From Blastocystis sp. Blastoise (taxonomy: Eukaryota; Protista; Bigyra: Opalinata): a DNA stretch of 64,000 nucleotides. The stretch covers positions 1,116,001-1,180,000 of the forward strand of contig JBBPEB010000005.1 of assembly GCA_039096225.1 (NCBI GenBank), in the 5' to 3' direction. The notes under the pieces were generated by a model. It had not been told where the DNA came from and ran no database searches. It saw only the letters and a list, made by a program, of their open reading frames with translations. The translations under genes and the position numbers were made by a program. Positions 32,581-52,186 of the stretch are shown here, one piece after another. Positions within the stretch are counted from its first letter, which is position 1, and each line of letters opens with the position of its first letter.

Positions 32581-32717
32581 ATATAATATATAAATTGAAA
32601 ATATATATAAAATATGAATAGAGTAACTAAAAATCAAATGAATATTTTTGATAGGAAAAGAGAAAAAAGAGAAAATGTGCCAATGCAATATAAAATTAAA
32701 TAGATACATCTATATAC

Positions 32718-32983
32718 GCTCTATATTGTCTTGACTTGTTATTTAGAAGAAGTACTGACGAGAATAACCAAGAAATCTAAGAGAATAAAAAAAGAAATGT
32801 AATAAAATACCTTATAATAAATAAACCCACAAGTCTCTGTTATGGACCTTTCTAAAACTAGTCAAGGAGAATGTCTGAAAGGAAGAGGATATCCAGAATC
32901 GAAAACCTATAAGAATGACGTAAAACACTATGATAAATTTTATAAATAAATACTAACACATTATGAACACTGCTTAGAAACAT
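32718..32983 (-). ncRNA. Element-3 spliced exon array 1
   Basis: AG/GT-bounded exons homologous to 24461-24900 (shared CAGAYATTCTCC and TATAAG/GTATTTTATTACATTT). Confidence 0.45.
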
Positions 32984-33524
32984 CTATAATAACTGTAATC
33001 AGTTCTAATTTGTTCATATAAACAACAAATTTAAAAATATATATATGAATTCATAATTCATTTCTAATTTTTCAAATTTTATCCTTTCTTAAAAAACCAG
33101 AAGTCTGTCTAAATTTTAAAAGTATGTCTAAAAAAAAGGCGAGAACGCTTTGGTGCGTTTTCGTTATCTAACGTGACCCAAAAATATATCTAACGCGAAA
33201 AACGTGCCTACTAGTGACTATTATCAAAAGAGATAACAATAGTATTATATATATATAAGAATATTGCTATCTAGTTATAGTTTTCTTTATATAAAAGGTT
33301 TTTGTGGTGAACCATTAGGATATTTTTTGCATATATATTAATGTAATCCACAATTTTATAAAAAATATCATTTAAATTTCATAACTATATGCATTAGTTT
33401 TATATAATAAGCTAGAATAACAAAAACAAATGATATATAATTGAATGAATGTTTTGTTTTAAACAAATTGTATGTGACACTAATAATAATAATATGAGAA
33501 GAACGTGATGTAATTATTTTTTAT

Positions 33525-35326
<1,802 letters not shown>

Positions 35327-35640
35327 ATTCTACACCAATAAGAGCTCTATAACGTTGTTTTAATGTGTAAATAATTAATATTTACAAAAAACAAGATTTT
35401 ATTTCATTTGTAACTTGAAAATAATAAAATTCTCATGAAAAATTATTTTGCTTTCTATTTTAGAAAAAGAGAACCTTGAAATATAGGGCAATATACCGAG
35501 AGAATCCCGTCGCTAATTATGGGAACAATTGAGAAATTTTGCGTTCTCCTTTTTTTTCTCTACTTTAATCTATTATTTTAAGCCTTTGTCTTTTGTTGCT
35601 TAGTTGATATTTTCATATTTTAAGTATTTTATTGGTGAGA

Positions 35641-36513
35641 ATGGCAACTAGTACATCTGCTGTGGCGAAAATGACATTTCTATTAAATAGTTTTAAGGGA
35701 TTAGCCAAGAGTGAAATAGCAAAAGAATTAACAAAAATAACTGTAATGATTTAATTCGATCTTTCTTTTTATTATATATCTATATTTTATAGAAAGATAA
35801 AAATTATAAAGAATTTTACTCTGCATGTGTATGTTATTTATGCTGTTTTTATTATTAATGTATTTGTAGTTTCAAGCTTTACAACTTAAAAAACAAAATA
35901 TATTATTCTTAGGAGCTCCTGGTGCAGGAAAAGGCACATATTCCAGAGCTGTTTCTGAAATTATGGACATTCCTGTATTTGGAAGTGGTGACTATATTAA
36001 ATCACATATTCGTAAAGACACACCATTTGGCCAATTGTGTGAAGTATTCATTTTCTTATTATTATGATTTATTTTTGTTTTATTTTTAATTAAATGGGAT
36101 TTCTATTGATTGAATTATATTAATTTATATATATATATAGGATTATGTAAATAAAGGTCAACTAGTTCCAGATAATATAGTTATAGATCCTCTTCTAGAA
36201 GCTATTAACCAACCTCAATATACCACAGGACTTATATTAGTATATATATATTATTATTATTATATTTATTATGTTTATTATATTTATTATGTTTATTATA
36301 TTTATTATATTTATATGTTATTGTTTTATATTTTATTATATTTATTATATTTATTATATTTATTATTTTTATTATATTTATTACGTTTTTTATATTTATT
36401 ATATTTATTATATTTATTATGTTTTTACTTATAATCAGAATTATATTATTTATAAATATATATATAGGATGGATTTCCTCGAAATTTGAATCAAGTTGAT
36501 GCCATTGAAAAAG

Positions 36514-36547
<34 letters not shown>

Positions 36548-36656
36548 ATATATATAGTCTAAAGAAATCACATTAGCTATTAATTTCAGACTTCCAACAG
36601 AAATATTAATCAGAAAAATGCTAGGAAGAAGGTATATATAATAAAAATAATAATAG

Positions 36657-36701
<45 letters not shown>

Positions 36702-37182
36702 ATGCCCTAAATGTGGTAAAGGATATAACGTTGCTGATATTCACTCAGGTATATATGTATTATTATTCTATAATAATAATAATAATAATATATATATATA
36801 TATATAGGTGATATTCTTCTTCCCCCTCTCCTTCCCAAATGTATAGATCGATGTGATATTTGTAACGAGCAATTAATACAGAGATCGGATGATAATGAGG
36901 TAGTTATTAAGGACAGAATGAAAGTATATAAGCAACTCACTGAACCTATTCTACATTACTATGAACAAAAAAATATATATATACTATATAGAATATATAT
37001 AGAATATATATACATTTTTATACTTTAGTATTATCTTATATTATTCTAATATTATTCTATTACGTTTAAAGTATTTACATCTATCTAATAATAAACATAA
37101 TAATAATAAGTATAATAAGTATAATAATAATAATAATAAGTATAATAATAATAATAATAATAAGTATAATAAGTATAATAAG

Positions 37183-37219
<37 letters not shown>

Positions 37220-37325
37220 TATATATATATATATAGATATATTACGTGAGTTTGATGTCAAGTTAGGAATGGCCGATTTGCCCGAAATACTAAAATTAAT
37301 ATTAATTGAAAACATCACAAATTAA
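35641..37325 (+). CDS. ADK: Adenylate kinase with Cys-containing lid and N-terminal extension (possible organellar targeting)
   Basis: ILFLGAPGAGKGT P-loop, GQLVPD, LILDGFPR, GRRICPKCGKGYN, QRSDDNEVVIKDRMKVY. Confidence 0.92.
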
Positions 37326-37987
37326 TATATATATATATCATATATATTTGACTTCATCCACTTTATATATATATTATTATATATATATATACATTTTATC
37401 TTTTGTTTTCATTTTCCAATAATTATCATTTTATATATAACTATATATATATATATTCTCATTTTAATATTTTCATTAGCTACTCATCTATATATATATA
37501 TATTCATATAAACTATTCCTCTATTAGCATTTCTATATTTGTATTCCAATTTATAACATTATTTTCAGGGTTTTTATTATATTATTTTTCTCACACACAT
37601 TTATTTCATATTTTTTTATCTGTATATCTGTCTCTCTTTCATTCTGAATCACGCTAACTAACAATCATTAAAATCTAAGGTGTTTTGTTTATAGAGTTTT
37701 ATTAATTATCAACTTGTTATATGAACAATTTTTATAGAAAACTGCTTCATCACATAATATCACTACCTCAGTAGTTTCAACTGCCGAATCTATGTAATAC
37801 AGAGAATATGCATCAATTAATTATGAACTATTTTTTTAAACCACATAAGCTATTTAATCTATATCTCAGTTCCTAAAAGTGATAATTGGTTAGATTTAAA
37901 AAGATAATAATATGCTGAACAATTCATCAAAAATGTGGAAAGAAAATTGTGCTTTTTGGATTTTTGTTTTTTCGATGAACTCGTGAC

Positions 37988-39795
37988 ATGATTGGAGTAA
38001 ATCTTATAAAAACATTTTCATCTTTAATAAGAAAGTCAGACTTGAAGAGATTCGAGTCTACTTTTTCTGTATTGAAGAGCACAATCAATACTCATTCTGA
38101 AGATTTTCTTATGAACCAAAAGTTTAATCAAGAATTAATTAAAGATTATGATGAAAAATTATCAAAAGTTCTTCAAGGTATTCATTATTTACTAGATATC
38201 CACTAATAATTGTTTATATAGGTGGAGGTGAAGCTTCAGTAACAAAGCATCATAAAAGGAATAAATTATTAGCAAGGGAACGTATTGATTTATTGATTGA
38301 TAAGAATTCTCCTTTTCTTGAACTTTCTTCTCTTGCTGGTTATGAACAATATAAAGATGTACCTTCTGGCTCTATTGTTACTGGAATTGGATGCATTCAC
38401 GGGTATTTTGTTTTCATTTAAATATATGTTTTTATTTATGAAAATATTTTTATATTTATATTTATTCGATTATTTTAATAAATCCTATAGTCATCAATGC
38501 ATGATAATAGCCAATGATGCTACAGTTAAAGGAGGCACTTATTATCCAATTACTGTTAAAAAACATCTTCGTGCACAAGAAATTGCTGCTCAAAATCGTC
38601 TTCCTTGCATTTATTTAGGTATATTATTCGTAAATTATCTGTTCATATCATTTTTATATTTAATGTAGTTAATAGTATTTCTTTGCTATAAATTTTATTA
38701 TTATTATTTTTTTAATTTTTTTATTTATTTATTTGTTTATTTATTATTATTTTTTTAATATTTTATTGATTTCCCGTGATTCTTCTAGTGGATAGTGGCG
38801 GTGCGTATCTCCCCGAGCAGGCGGATGTGTTTCCGGATCGTGACCATTTCGGTCGAATCTTTTATAACCAATCAAATATGAGTTCAAAGGGCATTCCTCA
38901 AATATCTATTGTATATATATTTATATAGATTAGTATTATTATTATAGATATATATATTATATTCATAAAGTTATTGTATTGATATTATATTCTATTATTA
39001 ATTATAATATTACTCTATATATTATTGATGATTGGATATTTATTAAGAATTTAACTATATATATATAAATATAGGTTTTTGGTAGTTGTACAGCTGGGGG
39101 TGCATATATACCTTGTTTATCAGATCATAGTATTATCGTTAAAGGGAATGGAACAGTATTCCTTGGAGGACCCCCACTTGTTAAGGCAGCGACAGGAGAA
39201 GTCATAACAGCTGAAGAACTAGGTATATAATATTATATATATAATATATAATAACTATAATATATAATATATAAATAATATATAATAACTATAATACATA
39301 TATATAAATAATATATAAATAATATATAAATAATATATAATATGTATATATATATAAATAGGAGGAGCAGACGTTCATAGCTGTTATAGTGGCGTTACGG
39401 ATTATTATGCTCAAAACGAATATCACGCGTGCTCTCTCTGTCGAGATATTGTCTTTCACTCGAATCTCTCTGATTCCCCACGGGGAAAAGTGTCTTTTGA
39501 CGAGCCGTTATATTCCGTTGATGAGATCGAAGGCGTCATTCCTTATGATTTGAAAAAATCATTTGATATGAGAAATGTATATATATATTATTATATTTAT
39601 TATTATACTTATTATTGTGTTCATTATTATATTTATTATTATATTTATTATACTTATTATTATTATTATACTTATATTTATTATTATAATTTTTATACTT
39701 ATTCTACTTATTATTATCAAGGTAATATCACGATTTGTCGACGGGTCTCGATTTTTGGAGTTTAAAAAGGAGTATGGAACCACTCTTGTTACAGG

Positions 39796-39856
<61 letters not shown>

Positions 39857-40044
39857 TTGCTCATATATATGGTTATCCCGTTGGAATTATTGCAAATAAT
39901 GGTATTCTATTCTCTGAAGCTGCTCTTAAAGGAAGTCACTTTATAGAGTTATGTACACAACGTAAAATAGCATTATTATTCCTTCAGAATATCACTGGAT
40001 TTATGGTGGGAAGCAAATATGAAAAGGAGGGAATTGCTAAACAT

Positions 40045-40084
<40 letters not shown>

Positions 40085-41005
40085 TCGAGTTATATATATA
40101 TATAATTATCTAGTTATATATATAATTCTAGTTATATATATAATTATCTAGTTATATATATATATAATTCTAGTTATATATCTAATTATCTAGTTATATA
40201 TATAATTGTATATTAAAATAAATATAACAATTATATATAGGTGCAAAATTAGTGAATGCAGTTTCTACTTCTACTTCTCCTAAAATAACCGTGATTATGG
40301 GTAATTCATATGGTGCGGGTAACTACGGTATGTGCGGGAGAGCGTATTCACCCAACTTTTTATATATGTATCCTGGCGGGAAAATCTCTGTAATGGGCGG
40401 GAAACAAGCAGCGAGTGTATTAGCTACAGTGAAAAGAGCGGGAATTGAACGAAAAGGTATATAGATTTATATTATTATTATATATATTTATTATATATTT
40501 TTATCTATATATTTATTATATATATTTATTATATATATTTATTTTATTGATAATAATGAATATAACTCTATTATAGGTGGGAAATGGAGTGAAGAAGAAG
40601 AGAACAGCTTTAAACAGCCTATATTAGATAAATATACTTATGAAGGAAGTAGTATTTATAGTACTTCTCATCTATGGGATGATGGTATATTGAAATATAA
40701 AGACACAAGAAAGGTATTAGGATTAAGGTATATATATATTGTTATATATTGTTATATATTATATTAATATATTTATAGTTATATATTATATTAATATATT
40801 TATAGTTATATATATATTAATAATAATATATATTTATATTTATATATTATATTAATAATAATATATATTTATATTTATATATTATATTAATAATAATATA
40901 TATATATATTTATATATTATATTAATAATAATATATATATATAGTTTATCTTCTTGTTATAATGCACCAATTCCTGATCCGAAATATGGTGTCTGGAGAA
41001 TGTAA
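37988..41005 (+). CDS. MCCC2: 3-methylcrotonyl-CoA carboxylase beta (carboxyltransferase) subunit
   Basis: [75 protein letters not shown]-terminal YGVWRM*. Confidence 0.95.
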
Positions 41006-41424
41006 TATATATATATATATATAATTCCAAAATTAAAAAGTTTACAAAAGAATAGAATAATTAAAAAAATAATTTGTTATGAATTTATATATAAACTATC
41101 TATATACTTTCATTTTATTATTTATATCTAAATAATTAAAAGTGTATAAAAATAAAATGTTTATTCTTCATGTGTTGTTATTGTTATATATATATATAAC
41201 TTATAAAAAATTCAATAGTCTATATATATCAATTGTAGTTTTATAAAACTTTATATAAAGTTATTTTATGTATATAACAAAACAAATACATTATTTGAAA
41301 ACATAGTAGTCCTAAACTAGAGAGAGAAAGCTACCATAATATATACAATAATATACAATAAATGAAAATACATTTTAAAATTTTAAATAAATAAATAAAA
41401 AAAAACATTTATATATATATCAAT

Positions 41425-42041
41425 TTATCGAAGATAATTATTGTTAGGAGAGGATCGAGTGACGCGTGTATTGACATTTGTATAATTTTGAGAAATCGGA
41501 ACAGTATTTGAATGTTTCATGGTATTCATAATCGTGGTTTTATTGATATTTGGACCAAGATTAATACTTATATTATTACTCGTAGTATAACTAGTATTAA
41601 TACCATCAGTAGTAAAACTATTTAAATTAGGGTTTAATTGAATAGGCATATTATTTGCATTTTGAGAATAATTTATAGATATATTATTATTATTATTTCC
41701 AGCAGTAGAATTACTAGAATTATCTGTGTTTATATTTAATGTTGAAGAAGGTAACCCTTGCTGTTTCGCGGGAGAGATTGCCCGGGAATTGAGAGAAGAA
41801 GAGAGAGGAACAGAGACACGAGGAGTTGATGAAGATACGGATATTCCCGCGGGAACAGGAGTCGATGTTGAAGAAGAAGTAACTATAGGAGAAAGAGGAG
41901 TCGTTGCTGATGTTGGGAATGGAGAAGAATTATTGGATGCACCATTTTCATAGTTCTTCTTATCAGTATCAATGAGTAAATCAATAGCTTCTATAGAGGG
42001 GAGAGTATATAATTATGTTTATTATTATTATTATTATTATG

Positions 42042-42076
<35 letters not shown>

Positions 42077-42314
42077 ATTATTTTCATAGTAATATATTTG
42101 CTATATGTATAATAAGTATTATTATTATGCATAGTTCATAATAATAATAATAATAAATAGTATATACTTTGAAGTTCTGTATTAATATAGTTCTGTGCTT
42201 CCATGATTTTCTTAAGATATTGAGCTTCGTTGAATGACGTCCAAAGTGAAGAATTGATATTTTCATGATAAATAGGCTTATGATTCGTTAATGTACAGAG
42301 ATGAAGGAATAGAA

Positions 42315-42356
<42 letters not shown>

Positions 42357-42397
42357 GATTATTATTATGATTATTATTATTATTATTAATATTATTA

Positions 42398-42451
<54 letters not shown>

Positions 42452-42463
42452 CATCAGTATTAG

Positions 42464-42548
<85 letters not shown>

Positions 42549-43291
42549 GTATATAAAAATTTAAATAAGAACTTATATAATGATAATTCTAATAATTCAA
42601 AAATAATAATAATACTTTATATATATATAAAGATATAAATTATACATAGTTTCTGTTGGTTCATTAAAAATGAATTCATCATAAAATTCATGCACAACGG
42701 GCTAAATATAATAATAATAATAAAAATAAAATTAAAAATAAATAAAAATAACAATAATAATAAACATAAAAACAATAATAATAAACAAAAACATAATACT
42801 TCTCCTTCTTTATCTGGTTCTCCATTTCCAGGATGTAATTTAAGCCAGTGACCAAATGTAATTGAACTCTCATTTGGATCTTGAAATTCAATTTTTACTT
42901 CTATATCAAATTCACCCCAACCTTGTTCAGTTATTTCAAAAGGATATTGTTCTAAAACTATAATGCGTATTTATTATTGAGTTAATTAAACAATAAAATA
43001 AATATATACTTCGAATGGGTTGCTTAAAACTGGGATGTAATGTAAATTGCACTTTTTTTATAGCGTATGATAAATCTTCTCCATTAACACCACGGATATA
43101 TACTATATATATAATGTAAATAATCATTATTAAATGATAACATACATGTCCAGCGAAAAGGATTCTGTTCAACATTTGGACCTTGCCACCATGCAATACT
43201 TCCTCTTATAAATGGTAGTACAAGCTATATTAAGCATATATAAATATAAACTTTTATTTACCACTTGACCAGTTTTTCTATTCACAGACAT
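41425..43291 (-). CDS. YAF9: YEATS-domain protein (Yaf9/GAS41/YEATS4 family), with one AT-AC intron
   Basis: WTLYIRGVNGEDLSYAIKKVQFTLHPSF, YPFEITEQGWGEFDI, VVHEFYDEFIFNEPT. Confidence 0.9.
42293..42636 (-). other. U12-type AT-AC intron
   Basis: 5' ATATCTTT, branch-like TTCCTTCAT, 3' TAC. Removal gives EPTETMYNLLTNH in frame. Confidence 0.8.
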
Positions 43292-43775
43292 TCAAATAAC
43301 TATACGAAATAAAAGTTAATGATTTATGTTGTTTATACGTATATATATAATAATTGACTATTTAAATGTAAATATATCAACTGTGTCGTTGATATATTTG
43401 AATTCTATTTAAAAAAAATGTGTTTCTTGACTATTTATGTTTTACAAGTCATTATATTAAAATAATCACATTTTGGTATATCAAATTGTTTTTAGAGTTC
43501 TTCTTGATTGTAAAGAGTATTAGGTGATTTAATTGTTTAAAAGAGCATTGCACTAGATTATAGAAGAGTGGTATGTAGTTTATTATTGAGAATAAAATAT
43601 AATTTGTGAATTGAAATGATTGGCTTGGTAGATATGGTCAATATATGTTGTTTTATATAAAGAATATAATGTTAGAAATGCAAACAAAGGTTATTTGAAT
43701 CAATATAAAAGTGAATAATAAGAATTAGAGAGAAAAATGAAGAAATAGAAAACAGTTATTTATAGAAAAAAATAA

Positions 43776-45640
<1,865 letters not shown>

Positions 45641-45803
45641 AATTCTTATATAGATACGTATCTACCAAATAATAAAGAAAATGAATTATCATAATATACA
45701 GAAAATACAGAGATTCAATAATGTTAATAATTGAAAAATAAAGTTTTCCTTGGTTTTTCTACTATTTAAAGTGATTCTTGTTTTTTTCTTCTTTATATCT
45801 ACA

Positions 45804-47712
<1,909 letters not shown>

Positions 47713-47995
47713 TAGTATTCTCTATATCTTTTCTACTATAGAATAGAAATTTTATTTATGTATTGTGTTTTTAAAATAATTATATGTTTCTATCTAATGA
47801 ATAGTCATAAATAATATCATTAATTATTTCAACCAAACAACAATAGAGTTTTCATTTTATAACAAATTATAATTTAAAGAAAACAAAAAATCTATAATAA
47901 TTAGAATATAAACTAAGTATTAAAAAGAGAAAGCCAACAATATTAAATAAACAAAAAAATACTAAAATAAAAAAATAAACTTTTAAATATTCTAT

Positions 47996-49489
47996 TTAAT
48001 AAGTAGTAGGAACTTCTTTCTTTTCTTCTTCTTCTTTTACATTTTCTTTTTCAACAGGAGCTTCAGGTTCAGGAATAGGTTCTATTTTAATAGAATGTTG
48101 TTCTTCTTTTGATTTTATGCAAGAAGGACAAAAAGAAGTATAAGTAGAGAAAATAGAGCATACTAAAGCAAGTAAAAAGATAATAAAATAACAATAAAGA
48201 AGGAAGAAATAACGAGGTAAACGTAATAATGTATAAAGAACACCATCTTGTTGATAATCAGAAGTAGTTTTAATAATATCTTGATTATTCTGTTGAATAT
48301 GTTCAGAAGCTTTCTTCATATATTCATCAGCACTTTGACCAATCATATTACGTATTTTATCAACAGTAAAATTACCTTTTTCATCAGTTACTAAATCTAA
48401 TACATCTTTATATTGTTTCTTTACATTTTCAGAAATAGGAATAAATGTATGATCCATAGTTTCTTGAGAAACATGGAATTTATTCATTAATAAATTTTCT
48501 AAAGCTTCTATAGTTAATTGATCTTTTAATCCATTTGAAGTTTCATTCACTTTCGTTTTAGCTAATTCTTCAAATTGTTTTAAAGTAAATTTACCATCTT
48601 CATCTACAAATATCTTAAGTGATTCTTTCATTAAATTTTCATAATGTTCATAATAAGGATTCATTTTATCTTTTAATTGGCCAACACAATCAGTACAACT
48701 AGTTCTTAATTGATCAAATAACTTATTAGAAACTTGAACTAAAGAAACTTTAAGATTATCACCATCACGAATTAAAACATAATATTCATTATTAGAAGCT
48801 TTCTTAGCTAATTCACGAATATATTCAGAATAATATATGACTAAATGACGAACAGGATCAATAAAATAAGATTTTACGAAATCAGCAGCAGGTTTACAAG
48901 TAATAGAAACTTGTTCAATAAACATACGATTGAATTCATCAAAAGGATTCATAATATCGTCCACTGTCTTTTTAAATTGATCAGCAATTTCAAGAGCTTT
49001 CTTTACATTTTCTTGTTCTTTTATTTCTTCAATAGATTTTGTAGCTATTTTTTTAATTCTATCAGTTACAGTAGTACGAAGGTACTGAATTTTCTCAATA
49101 GGAGCAAGTTCATTCATATCCTTAGGAGTTTCATCAGAAGGTAAAACTTTCTCAATTATCTTTTGACCAGCTTCAGCTATTTTTTCAATACCATCATTGG
49201 TCTTATCATCGAATACTTGTTTCTTTTCTTTAATAAAATTCTCAGCAAGAGTTAAATTATCATTTAAAGGCTTAGGAAGATAAGTTTTCACTTGAGTATA
49301 AGTTTTACACATAAAGCAAACAACACCATTTACCTATATTGATTCAATATTATTAAAAATAATCTATTATGAATAATTTATTATGAAATAATGAAATAAT
49401 AATGAAATAATAATGAAATAATATAATTATCTAAATATATATACAATTTTGCATGGACAACAGTTAGCACTGCAATCAGAGCATTCCAT
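47996..49489 (-). CDS. Helical protein with perilipin/lipid-droplet-like N-terminus and C-terminal hydrophobic segment (2 exons)
   Basis: Exon 1 MECSDCSANCCPCKI splices to the long ORF exon. The hydrophobic stretch FFLLYCYFIIFLLALVCSIF lies near the C-terminus. The CDS is well supported; the product is tentative. Confidence 0.7.
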
Positions 49490-51101
49490 ATTGTTCAAAT
49501 TATTTAAAATCAAACACAATTAAATAAAATAAAATATGTAAAGATCTCTTATCTCATTAATCCATAAAAACGACGTCTCCTTCGAATCGAACTTCTTATG
49601 TTCTAGAAGTTAAAAGACTCTCTTCTTGATTGGATAATTCTAAGATGGTTATTCAATAAAGTCAGTAATTTTGTATTCTAAAAGTTTATATACAGTTTTT
49701 CTGTGAATAAAAACGGAAGAGAAAACAATTGCCGTGTTTAGGCGTTATTTTTATATAATCATGAAGTAAATATATTTTTAGCTATATAAAGAAGATTTAT
49801 TCGTGATTTTATTTTTTAAATAAATGTTCATAGAATTCTATGAAATGAGAAGAAAGATCAGCTCTTTTTGTTTATTATTATGATGTATATCATGATTTAT
49901 TAGAGAGTTGGTGAATTCATAGAATAGTTAGATAATAAGAACGATTAAAAACAGTGTTTTGACTAAAATTAATTTTTTTATAATGTAATACTATAAGAAT
50001 CTTCAAATTATTTGTTTTTTTTAAATATTAGTTGCCTTTATGTATATCACGAAATATGGAGAGTGAATAATTATAAACTTTTTTTTGTGAATTGGAAATA
50101 ATTCATGATTTTTTAAATGAATAAACTACTGAATCCATAACAAAACATTAGGAAAATGAATAAAATAATTGAGTTTAAAATAAGAAGAGAACGACAATAA
50201 GACAAATAACAAAGAAAAACTAAATAGAAAAAAGCAAAACTAAAAGAATACCAAGTCATTGAAGGCAAGATATGAAGAAAGAAAAGAATAGAGAGAACAA
50301 AGAAAAACAATTCGGTATAATATGAATAAACGATTTCATTATTAGAAAAGAATATATATTTATAGCATAATAAATAAATATAGTGAATATGGTTTATCAA
50401 CAACAAAAAAAATATATAAAAAAATATATAATGAAATCAAAATAGCATGAATTCATATAGAACTGATAATAAAAAGACCATTGTTTATAAATGAAAGCAT
50501 AATAGATACTAGAAATAGGTGTGAAATGACAAAATAAAAATAATATGAAGAAAAAATAGAGACACAATATATATGTAAAATGAAAAGAAAAATAGAATAG
50601 CAATGTTTATCAATAGAAAGAATAGAGAGTGTTCTATATATATAATATATATGAAGATTATATATATAATAAAAATATAATGAATATAAGATTTTAAAAT
50701 TTATTTCAATAAACTACAAATCAATATATATATACATATATATATATATAATAATGATAACAAAATAAATATAAAAAATTGTATATAAGATGATACAACA
50801 ATATAATGCAATGAGAAACAACTAGAAGACAAATAATGATGATGTTTTTAATAATAAAAAGTTATATTTATGAATAAATAAAAATAACGAAAAAAAATAA
50901 AGAAAAATGAAAAGAAAAATGATTGACCACAGAATCATTATAGATATATGTGTAAACAATGAAAAGAGAATTACTATATAGTAATATAGAACAACATATA
51001 TATATATATATAAAACTGTCCTACAACACGCACAAACACATAAAAGATTAAAAGAAGATAAAGAATATAGATATCCTAAGAAATAGTATATATAAGATAT
51101 A

Positions 51102-52186
51102 TTAATAACAACGAAGTGACCCACATTCGTCATCATCTTCTAATTGAGCCATCACGTGAGGAGGAATAAACTATATATATATTGAATTAATAGAATATAT
51201 ATATATGAGATATATATGTTAAATTTATATAAATATATATATGTTAACAAAAAATAATATAATATATATGTAACTAAAATTATTATAATATATTGTTAAC
51301 AAAAATTATTATAATATATATGTAACTAAAATTATTATATTATATATGTTAACTAAAATTATTAATATATATATGTTAACAAAAATTAATATAATAAATA
51401 TCATTCAAATATGTTAAAACTATAGATAAATAAAAAAAATATAAATACATCTTGAGAAGAAGATGAGTCTATGTGATCAATTCGACCACATACATCACAA
51501 TTATGTACATAAGAATCATCTAATACTATATAGAAACAAATAATTAATAAATTACGAATAAAATATATATAGTGACATACAACTATAGGAGATTGTACTC
51601 GACTTTCTATTTCTTGAAGCAGGAGAAGGATCTCTATATAAATAAAATATAAATTTATAAAAAAAAAACAATTATAAAGATATTTTTATAAAATTACCTT
51701 TGTTCTATTTCAATAGGTTCACTGGGTGTAGGAGTCTTGGGAGATCTTGGAGAATTGGATCCATGTGTAATCTATATTTAAAAAAAATTTAGGTAATTTA
51801 TTGATCTTATTTATAAATAACAAAAATAAAATATATACTTCGCGATTATACACATTGAGTTTGTTGAAGTATTTTAATCTTGAATTATCATTAGCAAAAA
51901 ACTATAGATAATTGAATAATGAGATTAAAAAAAACTAGAAACACAGGAAATACTCCAGCTTTATCTAAAGGAATTTGATTTGTTTCAAAAGTATAATTAT
52001 GAGGATGTATAGAGCAATTCATATCTTTACTTGATTTTATAAAAATAAAGTGAACAAAGAAAGAAAAATGAGAATCGAATAAAAAAAATGTAATCTAGAA
52101 AAAGAGGATAAAGAAATAATGGTGATGTAATTACGTGGACAAAGAATTCCTCCATCATTTTTAGAAAATTGATTTGAATGGCTCAT
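51102..52186 (-). CDS. Small 7-exon hypothetical protein (about 145 aa), missed by the ORF track
   Basis: All GT-AG exons join in frame: MSHSNQFSKNDGGILCPHMNCSIHP...SPRSPKTPTPSEPIEI...HNCDVCGRID...FIPPHVMAQLEDDDECGSLRCY*. Confidence 0.7.

Larger units (their letters stand above)
25937..33216. mobile_element. Non-autonomous CACTA-type DNA transposon 3 (7280 bp) carrying captured gene fragments
   Basis: 12-bp perfect TIR CACTAGTAGGCA / TGCCTACTAGTG. TSD ACT at 25934-25936 and 33217-33219. Repeated TATCTAA(C) motif in both subterminal regions. Confidence 0.92.

Noticed and set aside
19460-33000. Simple tandem segmental duplication of host DNA
   Set aside because: Each copy has its own TIRs and TSD, and the ends are non-homologous.
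41726-41953. Plus-strand 75-aa ORF
   Set aside because: Antisense shadow of the S/T/P-rich last exon of the YEATS gene.
50113-51136. Hydrophobic minus-strand ORFs
   Set aside because: T-rich 3' UTR or intergenic sequence downstream of the small 7-exon gene, with no exon-like composition.
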